NCBI GenBank assembly: GCA_045577735.1
Contig: JAZNIY010000013.1
Span: forward strand, 26,702 to 90,701
Source of the DNA: Candidatus Stercoripulliclostridium sp.
GTDB taxonomy: Bacteria > Bacillota > Clostridia > Christensenellales > DTU072
Direction: 5' to 3'
Length of the DNA stretch: 64,000 nucleotides
Below, piece by piece: positions 53,650-61,785 of the stretch. The notes below the pieces were generated by a model. It saw only the letters and a program-made list of their open reading frames with translations. It was not told where the DNA came from and did not search any database. Numbering within the stretch: position 1 is the stretch's first letter; every line of letters begins with the position of its first letter. The position numbers were made by a program, and so were the translations under genes.

Positions 53650-53680
53650 CAGCCCGATATTCTCGGGCTGTTTTTGTTTT
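53650..53680. terminator. Bidirectional intrinsic terminator
   Basis: CAGCCCGA-tattc-TCGGGCTG followed by TTTTTGTTTT, with an A-rich tract upstream. It lies between convergent genes 52970-53629 and 53683-54753. Confidence 0.9.
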
Positions 53681-53682
53681 AG

Positions 53683-54753
53683 TTACACTCTTTCAAGTAA
53701 TTTATTAAACGTTTTAGAGGTAAATAGCACGCATCCTGCAACCAAGCATACGGCAAGGTCGGCAAAGGTGAACGCGTTGTAAAGGAATGACCAAGCAACG
53801 GCACCGTAATTCGGGTCGGATGAGCCGAATACGAATACGCCACTAATAACGTGAGAAAGGTAACGAAGGGTTACTCCTAAGAGTGCGCCAAGCGCAAATT
53901 GAACGGGCGCATTTTTAGAAAAGATCTTCTTTTCTTTTAGTATTGCAGTAAGTCCTATTGCGCCAAAAGCAATGGGGTAGTCTAGTAAGAATTGGATGGG
54001 ATGGTAAAACCAGGGTGCTTGTATGAATTGCAAAAACCCGTATATAATGCCCGCAACAACGCCCTTACGGATACCAAACATATAGGAATATACCATTAGT
54101 GGTAGTAAAGAAGCAAAGGTTATGGAGCCTCCTTGAGGAAGTTCTAGGAAGCGTATGTAACTAAGGGCAAAGCTCATAGCAATGGTAACGGACGCGTATA
54201 CAATGCTCTTTGTCGTGGTTGCGACCTTTTTGCCAAAGAGGAGTGCAAGTACGGCAATAACGGCTACAAGAACGGCTGTAAACAGGTACATTAGCACTTC
54301 GCCCGTGACGTCAACGATTGCACCACTCGTGTAGGTTTTAACTAGTGTGGAAATGATTAATGCAAGGACAGAAGCACCAACTGCGATAAGGGAAATGCGA
54401 CCAAACTTGGGTAGCAACTCCTTGCGTTTTAACGCTAGTACGAAGCCAATGACGGCGAGCGCAACGATTACCCCTACGAGCACAACGATGGGTATAAAGG
54501 TAAGGTAATCAACGTAGCCTTCTTTAATATACTCGTCTAGCTTTAATCCAAGCAAGGTAGCAAGTAATGCAATGGTATACACGATTACGGCACTACCCAC
54601 AATTATGGTAGCTTTGCGCATGCTTTCGTTTTTGTATTTTTTTACAAGGACCAGTGAAAGAATGACGGCAACTATTACGCCAAGAGTGACGTAAAGAGCG
54701 ATGGTAGCGACCTTATCAAACAAGGATAAAGTGGCAAATGGGTCTGTGAACAT
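53683..54753 (-). CDS. thiT: ECF-type thiamine transporter S-component (ThiT) with a ~170-aa N-terminal multi-TM extension
   Basis: The C-terminal half (SIVYASVTIAMSFALSYIRFLELPQGGSITFASLLPLMVYSYMFGIRKGVVAGIIYGFLQFI...DYPIAFGAIGL) matches the ThiT pattern. It sits immediately downstream of a TPP riboswitch. The N-terminal half adds 4-5 hydrophobic helices. Confidence 0.75.
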   Translation of the reverse strand: MFTDPFATLSLFDKVATIALYVTLGVIVAVILSLVLVKKYKNESMRKATIIVGSAVIVYTIALLATLLGLKLDEYIKEGYVDYLTFIPIVVLVGVIVALAVIGFVLALKRKELLPKFGRISLIAVGASVLALIISTLVKTYTSGAIVDVTGEVLMYLFTAVLVAVIAVLALLFGKKVATTTKSIVYASVTIAMSFALSYIRFLELPQGGSITFASLLPLMVYSYMFGIRKGVVAGIIYGFLQFIQAPWFYHPIQFLLDYPIAFGAIGLTAILKEKKIFSKNAPVQFALGALLGVTLRYLSHVISGVFVFGSSDPNYGAVAWSFLYNAFTFADLAVCLVAGCVLFTSKTFNKLLERV

Positions 54754-54784
54754 AAAATTCTCCTTTTGCTAGGAGCCTTTTAAG

Positions 54785-54817
54785 AAAAAAATAGTTCAAG
54801 CGAGATTACTTGAACTA
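54785..54817 (-). terminator. Riboswitch expression-platform terminator
   Basis: The minus strand reads TAGTTCAAG-taatctcg-CTTGAACTA followed by T7. It lies between the TPP aptamer and the thiT start. Confidence 0.85.
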
Positions 54818-54834
54818 CAAATTCCTAGGAAAAT

Positions 54835-54914
54835 GGCTTTCTTACGCGAGTGTTAACTCGGTCAAGTTCGAAGGGTGTAATCTCAGATAGCGACTTGCTA
54901 TCACCCCTAGCACG
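54835..54914 (-). ncRNA. TPP (THI-box) riboswitch aptamer
   Basis: The minus strand reads CUAGGGGUGAUAGCAAGUCGCUAUCUGAGAUUACACCCUUCGAACUUGACCGAGUUAACACUCGCGUAAGAAAG. It contains the conserved GGGGUG, CUGAGA, ACCCUU.GAAC.UGA and CGAGUUAACACUCG...GUAAG elements with P3 and P5 pairing. Confidence 0.9.
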
Positions 54915-54931
54915 ATTTAGTTGATGTGCTT

Positions 54932-54960
54932 ATATTAGCACCTCAAAAAGTGTTTGTCAA
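54932..54960 (-). promoter_or_regulatory. Sigma-A promoter driving the TPP riboswitch and thiT
   Basis: The minus strand reads TTGACA-17 nt-TAATAT (plus-strand tgtcaa 54955-54960, atatta 54932-54937), just downstream of the thiN stop. Confidence 0.75.
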
Positions 54961-54972
54961 CACCTTTTTTGA

Positions 54973-55578
54973 TTATTTTTTGTTAATTTTTTGGGAAATA
55001 ATCACAAGACAAGCCCCGTTTTTGACCTTTATTTCTACTTTACCTATGGTAATTTCGTTGGAAATACCAAGTGAAGAGTATGGTAAAATTTTTAGTCCGT
55101 CAAGTGGATATTTAAGTCCCGAACTAGCTTCAAACTCTACTTCTCCGCCAAAAGGCAGAATGGAAAGCATATTGCCGGCTTCTGAATCAATGCTGAGAGA
55201 TGAGGTTAAAAAATAAATTTCGTTTTTACTTCCCACAATCTTGGCGTTTAGCCCAACGTGATCGGCATAAGCGAGCAAATTAAGGTTGCCCAGTACGTGC
55301 TCGATTTTGCCTTCCAGTGCGCCGTATATGGTAACGGATTTTCCATCGTTATTCTTAATAAAATCCAGGCAAAGCTCGCCGTCGGTCTTGTCTTTGTCAA
55401 CGGGGTGCGTTATGGTACGCACGTTACTTGGAATATAACCCAGGGTATCGAAGTCCCCAATTACGGCATATACGGGTTTATTCTTTACCAACCTATAGCC
55501 ACCATCGGCAGCGATTATATATTGTTCTTTTACCTCTACGTCAAGGTCGGGGGCGTTTAATACAAGTGCAAAATCCAT
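54973..55578 (-). CDS. thiN: Thiamine pyrophosphokinase
   Basis: IIAADGGY, AVIGDFDTLGY (GDFDS-type motif), KDKTDGELCL and a C-terminal thiamine-binding beta-sandwich region. At 201 aa the length is typical. Confidence 0.85.
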   Translation of the reverse strand: MDFALVLNAPDLDVEVKEQYIIAADGGYRLVKNKPVYAVIGDFDTLGYIPSNVRTITHPVDKDKTDGELCLDFIKNNDGKSVTIYGALEGKIEHVLGNLNLLAYADHVGLNAKIVGSKNEIYFLTSSLSIDSEAGNMLSILPFGGEVEFEASSGLKYPLDGLKILPYSSLGISNEITIGKVEIKVKNGACLVIISQKINKK

Positions 55579-55633
55579 AATTATCTACTTTAGGCAATAT
55601 TTACGAAACGTGGGAAGTACATTTCGCTTTAGT

Positions 55634-55662
55634 ATTATAACGCGCCAAGGCAAAGTAGTCAA
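55634..55662 (-). promoter_or_regulatory. Sigma-A promoter for thiN
   Basis: The minus strand reads TTGACT-17 nt-TATAAT (plus-strand agtcaa 55657-55662, attata 55634-55639). Confidence 0.7.
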
Positions 55663-55751
55663 TATTTCTAAAAAATTAGCCCTTTAAGGTGTAAAAAATT
55701 TTTGTCTGCCTATAATCATAAAAAGTCATATCAACCAAAAGGAAGGTGAAA

Positions 55752-56462
55752 ATGAAAAGGGAAAAGATTTTGCGATTTGTTGTCGCGCCATTATTAATAG
55801 TAGTGATCGTATTTCTAATTTTGCTTGCGTTGAATGCTTACGGATTTAACGATGAGTACGCGGAGGCGGCAACCGTATTAAAAAGAGGCTCTTCAGGCGC
55901 ACTTGTTAGAACCTTGCAAACCAAGCTTAAAAATTGGGGATATTATAGTGGAAGTATCGACGGCATTTATGGTGCAAGGACGGAAACGGCCGTTAGATAT
56001 TTTCAAAGAGTAAATAAACTTACGGTAGACGGCAAGGTGGGGACTAAGACGGCTAAAGCACTTGGAATGAGCTTGTCTTCCTCTAGCAGTAGCTCAAACG
56101 GCTCTTACTCCTCGCAAGACCTCTATCTTCTTGCAAGAGTGGTTTATGGTGAGGCTCGTGGTGAACCATATCTTGGCCAAGTGGCAGTCGCAGCCGTTGT
56201 ATTAAATAGAGTAAAAAGCTCGGAATTTCCAAACACCATATCGGGAGTTGTATATCAGCCTTGGGCGTTTACCGCTGTCAACGATGGTCAAATTAACCTT
56301 ACCCCGAACGAAACGGCAAAAAAGGCGGCGCAAGACGCAATTAATGGTTGGGATCCTACCTATGGTTGCTTGTTTTATTACAACCCTAGAACGGCAACAA
56401 GCAATTGGATACGTCAAAAGGAAGTACATCTTTCAATAGGTTCACACGTCTTTTGCTTGTAG
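55752..56462 (+). CDS. sleB: Spore cortex-lytic enzyme SleB-type cell wall hydrolase (PG_binding_1 + Hydrolase_2)
   Basis: Signal/TM. The PG-binding repeat is GALVRTLQTKLKNWGYYSGSIDGIYGARTETAVRYFQ. The hydrolase core is LLARVVYGEARGEPYLGQVAVAAVVLNRV...VVYQPWAFTAV. ATG 55752 is preferred over GTG 55746 (GGAAGG RBS). Confidence 0.85.
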   Translation: MKREKILRFVVAPLLIVVIVFLILLALNAYGFNDEYAEAATVLKRGSSGALVRTLQTKLKNWGYYSGSIDGIYGARTETAVRYFQRVNKLTVDGKVGTKTAKALGMSLSSSSSSSNGSYSSQDLYLLARVVYGEARGEPYLGQVAVAAVVLNRVKSSEFPNTISGVVYQPWAFTAVNDGQINLTPNETAKKAAQDAINGWDPTYGCLFYYNPRTATSNWIRQKEVHLSIGSHVFCL

Positions 56463-56470
56463 GAGGGAGT

Positions 56471-57766
56471 ATGGAAAAGAATAAAGTATGGAAGATTGCG
56501 CTAATCATAATTTGTGTGCTACTTGTTGGTGCTCTTGCAACGTCATTAGGCATACTTGCCCACAAGGTTAAGGTCTTTAATACCGAAATGGGCGCTGTAT
56601 ACGATGGTGCGTTTTATCAAACGCTCGATGGCTTAGGGGATATGGAAAACAAACTAAAAAAGGTTCAAGTTTCCAACTATAACAAAACCAAAAAGCAACT
56701 CTTGCAAGAAGTTTACGTTGATTGCGAGGTTACGGCAGTCAATCTTGCAAGGCTAAATAACGAAGAGTTTGATACGGCAAAAGTAATAAAATTCGTCAAT
56801 CAGCTAGGTGGGTTTTCTGCATACCTTGCAAAAAAATTGCCCGACGAGAACGTAACGGAAGCAGAAAACCAAAAACTTATGAAACTGACGGAGGTGGTTT
56901 CTGCGTTGGAAAAAGCCTTTTCGGAGGCCGGGGATGCCGTGGCGCTAGGTGGTAATTTGTACAACACCTTAAGCGAGGGAATACAAACGCTAAGTGGAGT
57001 ATACGATGCTTTTGACCAAACTACTGTGGATTATCCCGAGATGATTTATGACGGACCGTTTTCGGAAGGACTATTGGATAGGGAAGCAAAATTTCTTAAA
57101 GATAAAAACGAGGTAGAGGAAAGCGTTAGCCTAGAGAAAATAATTGCTTTGTATGGTAGTGGCGAAAGCGAGGGCGAAGTAAGTGGTGCAATACCATCTT
57201 ACCTTTACTCCATACCGGACGGTAGTGTGGAAGTAAGCAAAGTAGGTGGCTATATCGTGGAGATAGCGAGGGACTCTCATGAGGGGGAAGTCAATCTCAC
57301 GAAGGAACAAGCATTAAGCACGGCAAAAGGGTTTTTAGAAAATATTGGATATAACGGACTTGAGGCAGTATGGGTATCCATAAATAGTTATATGGCATAT
57401 ATAAACTTTGCTTTTGTCAAAGATGGTGTAATATATTATCCGGACCTAATCAAGGTTAAAATAAGTTTGGTCGGTGGAGAAATTTTGGGGCTTGATGCAC
57501 AAAACTTTTTGTACAACCACGTGGAAAGAACGCTTAAAGAGAACCTTGGTGACGTTAACACGATTACTTTCAAAGAGGGCTTTGAGGCCGTAGTAAAAAG
57601 GCGAGTCATTATTCCAACGGAGTGGAACACGGAAATAGAAGCTTATGAAGTCGCGGGAAAATACGACGATGCCTTCTATTATATCTACTACGATGCAACA
57701 ACGCTCGAAGAAATTAAGGTTATGAGGGTGATACAAGACGAAAATCAAGGCGAGCTCATTGTATAA
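56471..57766 (+). CDS. ypeB: Germination protein YpeB-like (N-terminal TM, C-terminal PepSY-type domains)
   Basis: Start moved to ATG 56471, with AGGAGGGAG upstream, 8 nt after the sleB stop. TM IALIIICVLLVGALA. PepSY-like segments include LTKEQALSTAKGFLENIGY. The sleB-ypeB order is conserved, as in Bacillus. Confidence 0.75.
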   Translation: MEKNKVWKIALIIICVLLVGALATSLGILAHKVKVFNTEMGAVYDGAFYQTLDGLGDMENKLKKVQVSNYNKTKKQLLQEVYVDCEVTAVNLARLNNEEFDTAKVIKFVNQLGGFSAYLAKKLPDENVTEAENQKLMKLTEVVSALEKAFSEAGDAVALGGNLYNTLSEGIQTLSGVYDAFDQTTVDYPEMIYDGPFSEGLLDREAKFLKDKNEVEESVSLEKIIALYGSGESEGEVSGAIPSYLYSIPDGSVEVSKVGGYIVEIARDSHEGEVNLTKEQALSTAKGFLENIGYNGLEAVWVSINSYMAYINFAFVKDGVIYYPDLIKVKISLVGGEILGLDAQNFLYNHVERTLKENLGDVNTITFKEGFEAVVKRRVIIPTEWNTEIEAYEVAGKYDDAFYYIYYDATTLEEIKVMRVIQDENQGELIV

Positions 57767-57784
57767 AGTGTTAGTTTATAATTG

Positions 57785-57813
57785 TTGACTATGCAAGTTA
57801 AATAAGTTATAAT
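57785..57813 (+). promoter_or_regulatory. Sigma-A promoter for the lipoprotein gene
   Basis: TTGACT (57785-57790)-17 nt-TATAAT (57808-57813). Confidence 0.75.
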
Positions 57814-57844
57814 ACTAGTACTATTTTAGTTAAGAAGGTACGAA

Positions 57845-58732
57845 ATGCGTAAATTTTTAATCGTTATGCTCGTTGTAGTCTTTACCGTATGCGTTGGTAT
57901 CAGCATGGTTTCTTGTAACAATGACGTGGACCATGCAGGTAGCAAATGGACTAACGAAGAAGTTTTAAGTTATGAAATGTACGACGGCAACACCCTTGTT
58001 GGTGCTCTCGTAATTAAGACCGAAAGAGTTGCTTCCGGCGCTCAAACCCTAAATATGACCGGCGAGACCCACGAGGTTTCTGCCTCCACCAGAGGTGTTA
58101 GAGTTACCATGGCTGCAACTGACCTTGAGGGCAACGTTATTATGGCAAGCGAAAGTTTGCTTAATGGTTTCACTACTCTTGCAAGTGCAAAGAAGGTAAG
58201 CTACAAAGGTACTGAGTACACTACCAAGGCTCGTTATGACGGCAAGCGTTATATCTATTCCGTAAATGGTGGCGAAGAAAAGAAGATTAGAATCAAAACC
58301 GGCTTTGTAGACAACGAACTTCTCTACACCACTCTTCGTGCTTACACCTTGGAAAACAACTATTCCAGCACCTATACCGTTATTGATAACGTTGCAGGCG
58401 AACAAGTTAAAATGAACATTTCAACTTCTAATCCCGAGGTTCGCTATAATGGTACTGCTCACGAGGTAGCCGGTGAAAAGGTGCAAGGAATAAGCATTTT
58501 CTCCGATGGAGTAGAGCAAGACATGAAAACCAACGTAAAGTGTGTTGAACTCAAAGTTCAAAGAGCAGAAGCTCCTGTTGGAACTCCAATTTATATTACC
58601 TATTCCGTTGAAGGAGAAGGTGGTCTTTCAGTTCTTGGGGCAGGTTCTACCGGTTTGTATTCCACGCACATTCCAGTTAAGATTGTTGAAAATAATTTGA
58701 CCTATAAGCTGGCATCTATTGCTTGCAAATAG
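57845..58732 (+). CDS. Hypothetical lipoprotein
   Basis: The signal peptide MRKFLIVMLVVVFTVCVGISMVSC has a lipobox-like MVSC followed by NND. I recognise no other motif. Confidence 0.65.
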   Translation: MRKFLIVMLVVVFTVCVGISMVSCNNDVDHAGSKWTNEEVLSYEMYDGNTLVGALVIKTERVASGAQTLNMTGETHEVSASTRGVRVTMAATDLEGNVIMASESLLNGFTTLASAKKVSYKGTEYTTKARYDGKRYIYSVNGGEEKKIRIKTGFVDNELLYTTLRAYTLENNYSSTYTVIDNVAGEQVKMNISTSNPEVRYNGTAHEVAGEKVQGISIFSDGVEQDMKTNVKCVELKVQRAEAPVGTPIYITYSVEGEGGLSVLGAGSTGLYSTHIPVKIVENNLTYKLASIACK

Positions 58733-58764
58733 CATTAATAATTATAGTAAGAAAAGCAAAAATA

Positions 58765-58794
58765 AAAGCTCCGTAAAGGAGCTTTTTCTTTTTT
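58765..58794. terminator. Intrinsic terminator between convergent genes
   Basis: AAAGCTCC-gtaa-(a)GGAGCTTT followed by TTCTTTTTT, with an A-rich tract upstream. Confidence 0.85.
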
Positions 58795-58820
58795 AAACCC
58801 TTGGGTAAGCGTGCTTTCGT

Positions 58821-59969
58821 TTAGTCGGCGCTTTGGGTGATTAGCATTTTATCGTTTATTCCTTTCGTATTGTTTTCTACCATAACTTCGTTTTCAACTT
58901 GGAAGGCGAAATCTCCGCTTTCGTCAACGTTAAGGATAATGCTTCCGTGCCTAGAGGTACGGTAGGTAACAACGCCTGCATTAAACAATCTTGTCATAAG
59001 TTCGGGCCTGGGATGAGCGTAAGCACCACCTTCATCACTAGATATAATAGCGTATTCGGCGCTGATTTCTTGGAGGAATTCTTCACCCGTGGATCCTGCT
59101 GCTCCGTGGTGTCCCACTTTTAATACGTCAATATCGAGGGCGCTTTCGCCAAGCTCGTTTATGAACCAGTTTTCCGTTTCAAAGGTAGCGTCACCGGTTA
59201 AAAGTATTTTGCGAGAGGAAGCGGTAAGAAGAATGATGGGGCTCATGCCGTTTGATTCCTCGGAATCAAAAGCGGGATCATCGTCTTGGAAAGTGCTGTA
59301 GCCGGGAGCGTATACGTCAATTTCGTAGCCATTTCCGGAAATATAGTTGTCATAGAATTCGCCGTCAGCGTCAATCTTACGTAGATTACTTGCGTTTGCC
59401 ACTTCATCGTTAGCTTTGGCTTTGAAATTCTCGTAAGATTCCGTTCCCTTTACTACGTCGTTGTACATTATATTGGTTACGCTGTAACTATCCAAAACGT
59501 AGGGGAAGATGTTGTAGTGGTCGGTGTCGGGGTGTGTTGCAATTAAGTAATCTATGGTGTCGGTAACGCCTACGGCAAAGAGATATTCTAGGTAGGAATC
59601 CTTAATCTCTTTGGAAGGATATTGGGTAGAACCACTACCTGCGTCGATTAGTACGTTGACTCCGTCACTAAATTGACAAAGTATGGCATCCCCTTGACCA
59701 ACGTTTATGAAATGCACTTTGCAAGTTACGTTTTCAAGTATGACCGTAGAATTTGCTGAGCTCAAATTTCCACCAAGTTGAACCACTTGTGGCACACCAT
59801 ATCCGTTGTTTTGGTTACTCAAATCGCCAGCATTTTGATTAATGCCATCAATAAGGCCTTGTGCTAGGGGGCTAAAAGCGAGGGCGACTACAAGCGCCAA
59901 TATGACTGCAACAACAATTAAAATGAGTAGGGTGGTTTTGTTAAACTTTAAAGTTATCTTTTTTGCCAT
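58821..59969 (-). CDS. Membrane-anchored extracellular MBL-fold hydrolase of the ComEC C-terminal-domain type
   Basis: N-terminal TM LLILIVVAVILALVVALAF. MBL motifs are VHFINVGQGDAIL, ATHPDTDHYN and KVGHHGAAGS. It lacks the ComEC channel domain. Confidence 0.8.
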   Translation of the reverse strand: MAKKITLKFNKTTLLILIVVAVILALVVALAFSPLAQGLIDGINQNAGDLSNQNNGYGVPQVVQLGGNLSSANSTVILENVTCKVHFINVGQGDAILCQFSDGVNVLIDAGSGSTQYPSKEIKDSYLEYLFAVGVTDTIDYLIATHPDTDHYNIFPYVLDSYSVTNIMYNDVVKGTESYENFKAKANDEVANASNLRKIDADGEFYDNYISGNGYEIDVYAPGYSTFQDDDPAFDSEESNGMSPIILLTASSRKILLTGDATFETENWFINELGESALDIDVLKVGHHGAAGSTGEEFLQEISAEYAIISSDEGGAYAHPRPELMTRLFNAGVVTYRTSRHGSIILNVDESGDFAFQVENEVMVENNTKGINDKMLITQSAD

Positions 59970-60011
59970 AGCGAACTCCTTTAATATTTATTTAAAATAT
60001 ACTCTATATAA

Positions 60012-60040
60012 ATTATATAATAATTTCCATATAAATTCAA
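60012..60040 (-). promoter_or_regulatory. Sigma-A promoter for the MBL hydrolase gene
   Basis: The minus strand reads TTGAAT-17 nt-TATAAT (plus-strand attcaa 60035-60040, attata 60012-60017). Confidence 0.65.
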
Positions 60041-60049
60041 TATTTGGTA

Positions 60050-60078
60050 TTGAAAAAGACTTCTTTTTCGTTTATAAT
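60050..60078 (+). promoter_or_regulatory. Sigma-A promoter for the MFS operon
   Basis: TTGAAA (60050-60055)-17 nt-TATAAT (60073-60078). It is divergent from the previous promoter. Confidence 0.7.
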
Positions 60079-60108
60079 GGATAAAGGATAAAATTTTTTT
60101 TGAGGTGA

Positions 60109-61764
60109 ATGATGAAACTCAATTATTGGAGAACATTAAAAGTTGGTTTAGCGTTCGCAGTAATTCAAGTTTTCTGGACGGCATACGACTACGTTGTACC
60201 GCTATTACTTGAAAACACCTTTGGTCTTTCCAACAGCTTGCGTGGTTTGATAATGGGTGCTGACAACCTTCTAAGCCTTTTCTTACTTCCCATTTTTGGT
60301 AAGTTAAGTGACAAGACGAACACAAAGTGGGGACGTCGTACTCCCTTTATCGTGCTTGGTACGATAGCTAGCGTTATCATTATGATTTTCGTTCCTATCA
60401 CTTCCAATGCACAATTAAAATCGTCTTTGAATTTGCGTTCCGAGATTACTGCAACCCATGTGGAAGGTTACGTATACACCGACCATGAAGGCAAGTCATA
60501 CAACGCAGAAGAGCTTTATACTATGCTCTACAACGAGGGCGCGCACAACTCCGACTACTGCGACCGTCAATACTTCAAAGACTTTGGTGGCGAAACTTTG
60601 GAAGAGTACCTAAAGATTGCCCTAAATCCCCTTGATGAAAATGGTGAATATACCGAAGAGTATAATACCTTTGTAAAGACGGGTATCAACAGTTATGCAA
60701 CCGACCAAATTTTCCAAAAGATTACTAAGGGTAACATCACTCCTCTAGTTCTCTATATGGTAGTATTGCTTCTCGTTCTTATAGCGATGGCAACCTTCCG
60801 CTCACCGGCTGTTGCTCTAATGCCTGACGTAACGCCCAAGCCCTTGCGTTCACAAGCAAACGCAATGATAAACCTCGCCGGTGGCGCCGGTGGCGCGGTA
60901 GCGTTCCTAATTTATACCATCACGTTCATGATTAACCCCTATGGATATATGGCAATCTTTATTGCAGTTGCTTGCGCTATGCTCATACTTCTTGCACTCT
61001 TCTTGTGGCTCGTTAATGAACCCAAGTTATTCCAAGAATGTCAAGACTTATGCGCTGAGTACGGAATTAGTAACGACGATGATGAAGAAGTTCAAGCCGG
61101 CGTAGATGAAGAAGACCTTGCTCTCGAAACGGGCAAATCCAAGAAGGCAAGAATGATTTCCTTCTTCCTCATCCTTGCATCCATCTTTATGTGGTTCATG
61201 GGCTACAATGCAATTTCCTCTAACCTCTCCATTTATATCACCAAGACGTTGGGTCAATCAGCCGGTATCGGTGGCGTAATAAGTGGTGTATCGATGGGTG
61301 TTAGTGCCGTAGCATTCATTCCTGTTGGCTGGCTCGCAGTTAAGATTGGTAGAAGAAAGTCCATTATGTTAGGCTTTGGCCTTGCAGTAATAAGCTACTT
61401 GCTAATATTCTTCTTTGCAGCAACTCCCAGCAGTTATGCAGTTTACCTCTATGCAATATTCTACTTGATTGCAGGCTTCGGTTTGATAATTGGTAACGTC
61501 AACACCTTCCCCATGGTTGTTGAACTTTCTTCCAATGCAACCATCGGTAAGTACACCGGTTTGTACTATACCGCAACGATGTCTGCTCAAGCAATTACCC
61601 CCTTCATCGCTGGTTTGATAATGGACGAATGGGGCACCAAGTACTTGTTCTTGTACTCCGTAATTTGCGTAATAATTTCTATTGCTCTTATGTTCTTTGT
61701 AAAACACGGCGACAGTAAGGCTGTTCCAAAGAGTGCACTCGAAATGTTGGGTGAAGACGGTTAA
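60109..61764 (+). CDS. MFS transporter (GPH/SLC45-like) with a large hydrophilic insertion
   Basis: MFS loop-2/3 signature GKLSDKTNTKWGRRTPFIVLG and about 12 TM segments. A ~110-aa hydrophilic insert follows TM3, and the central loop is acidic. The start may be the second ATG (60112), given the spacing from the GAGGTG RBS. Confidence 0.8.
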   Translation: MMKLNYWRTLKVGLAFAVIQVFWTAYDYVVPLLLENTFGLSNSLRGLIMGADNLLSLFLLPIFGKLSDKTNTKWGRRTPFIVLGTIASVIIMIFVPITSNAQLKSSLNLRSEITATHVEGYVYTDHEGKSYNAEELYTMLYNEGAHNSDYCDRQYFKDFGGETLEEYLKIALNPLDENGEYTEEYNTFVKTGINSYATDQIFQKITKGNITPLVLYMVVLLLVLIAMATFRSPAVALMPDVTPKPLRSQANAMINLAGGAGGAVAFLIYTITFMINPYGYMAIFIAVACAMLILLALFLWLVNEPKLFQECQDLCAEYGISNDDDEEVQAGVDEEDLALETGKSKKARMISFFLILASIFMWFMGYNAISSNLSIYITKTLGQSAGIGGVISGVSMGVSAVAFIPVGWLAVKIGRRKSIMLGFGLAVISYLLIFFFAATPSSYAVYLYAIFYLIAGFGLIIGNVNTFPMVVELSSNATIGKYTGLYYTATMSAQAITPFIAGLIMDEWGTKYLFLYSVICVIISIALMFFVKHGDSKAVPKSALEMLGEDG

Positions 61765-61785
61765 AAAATAAATAGGAGAAAAAAG

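Noticed and set aside
54926-55560. Plus-strand ORFs 54926-55216 and 55258-55560.
   Set aside because: They are antisense to the well-supported thiamine pyrophosphokinase gene and overlap the thiT promoter. They have no RBS and no motifs.
55681-55745. Sporulation-sigma (SigG/SigE type) promoter for sleB-ypeB. A TATAAT is present at 55711-55716.
   Set aside because: There is no acceptable -35 at 17-18 nt for sigma-A. I cannot confidently match forespore or mother-cell sigma consensus by eye, so I left this unannotated.
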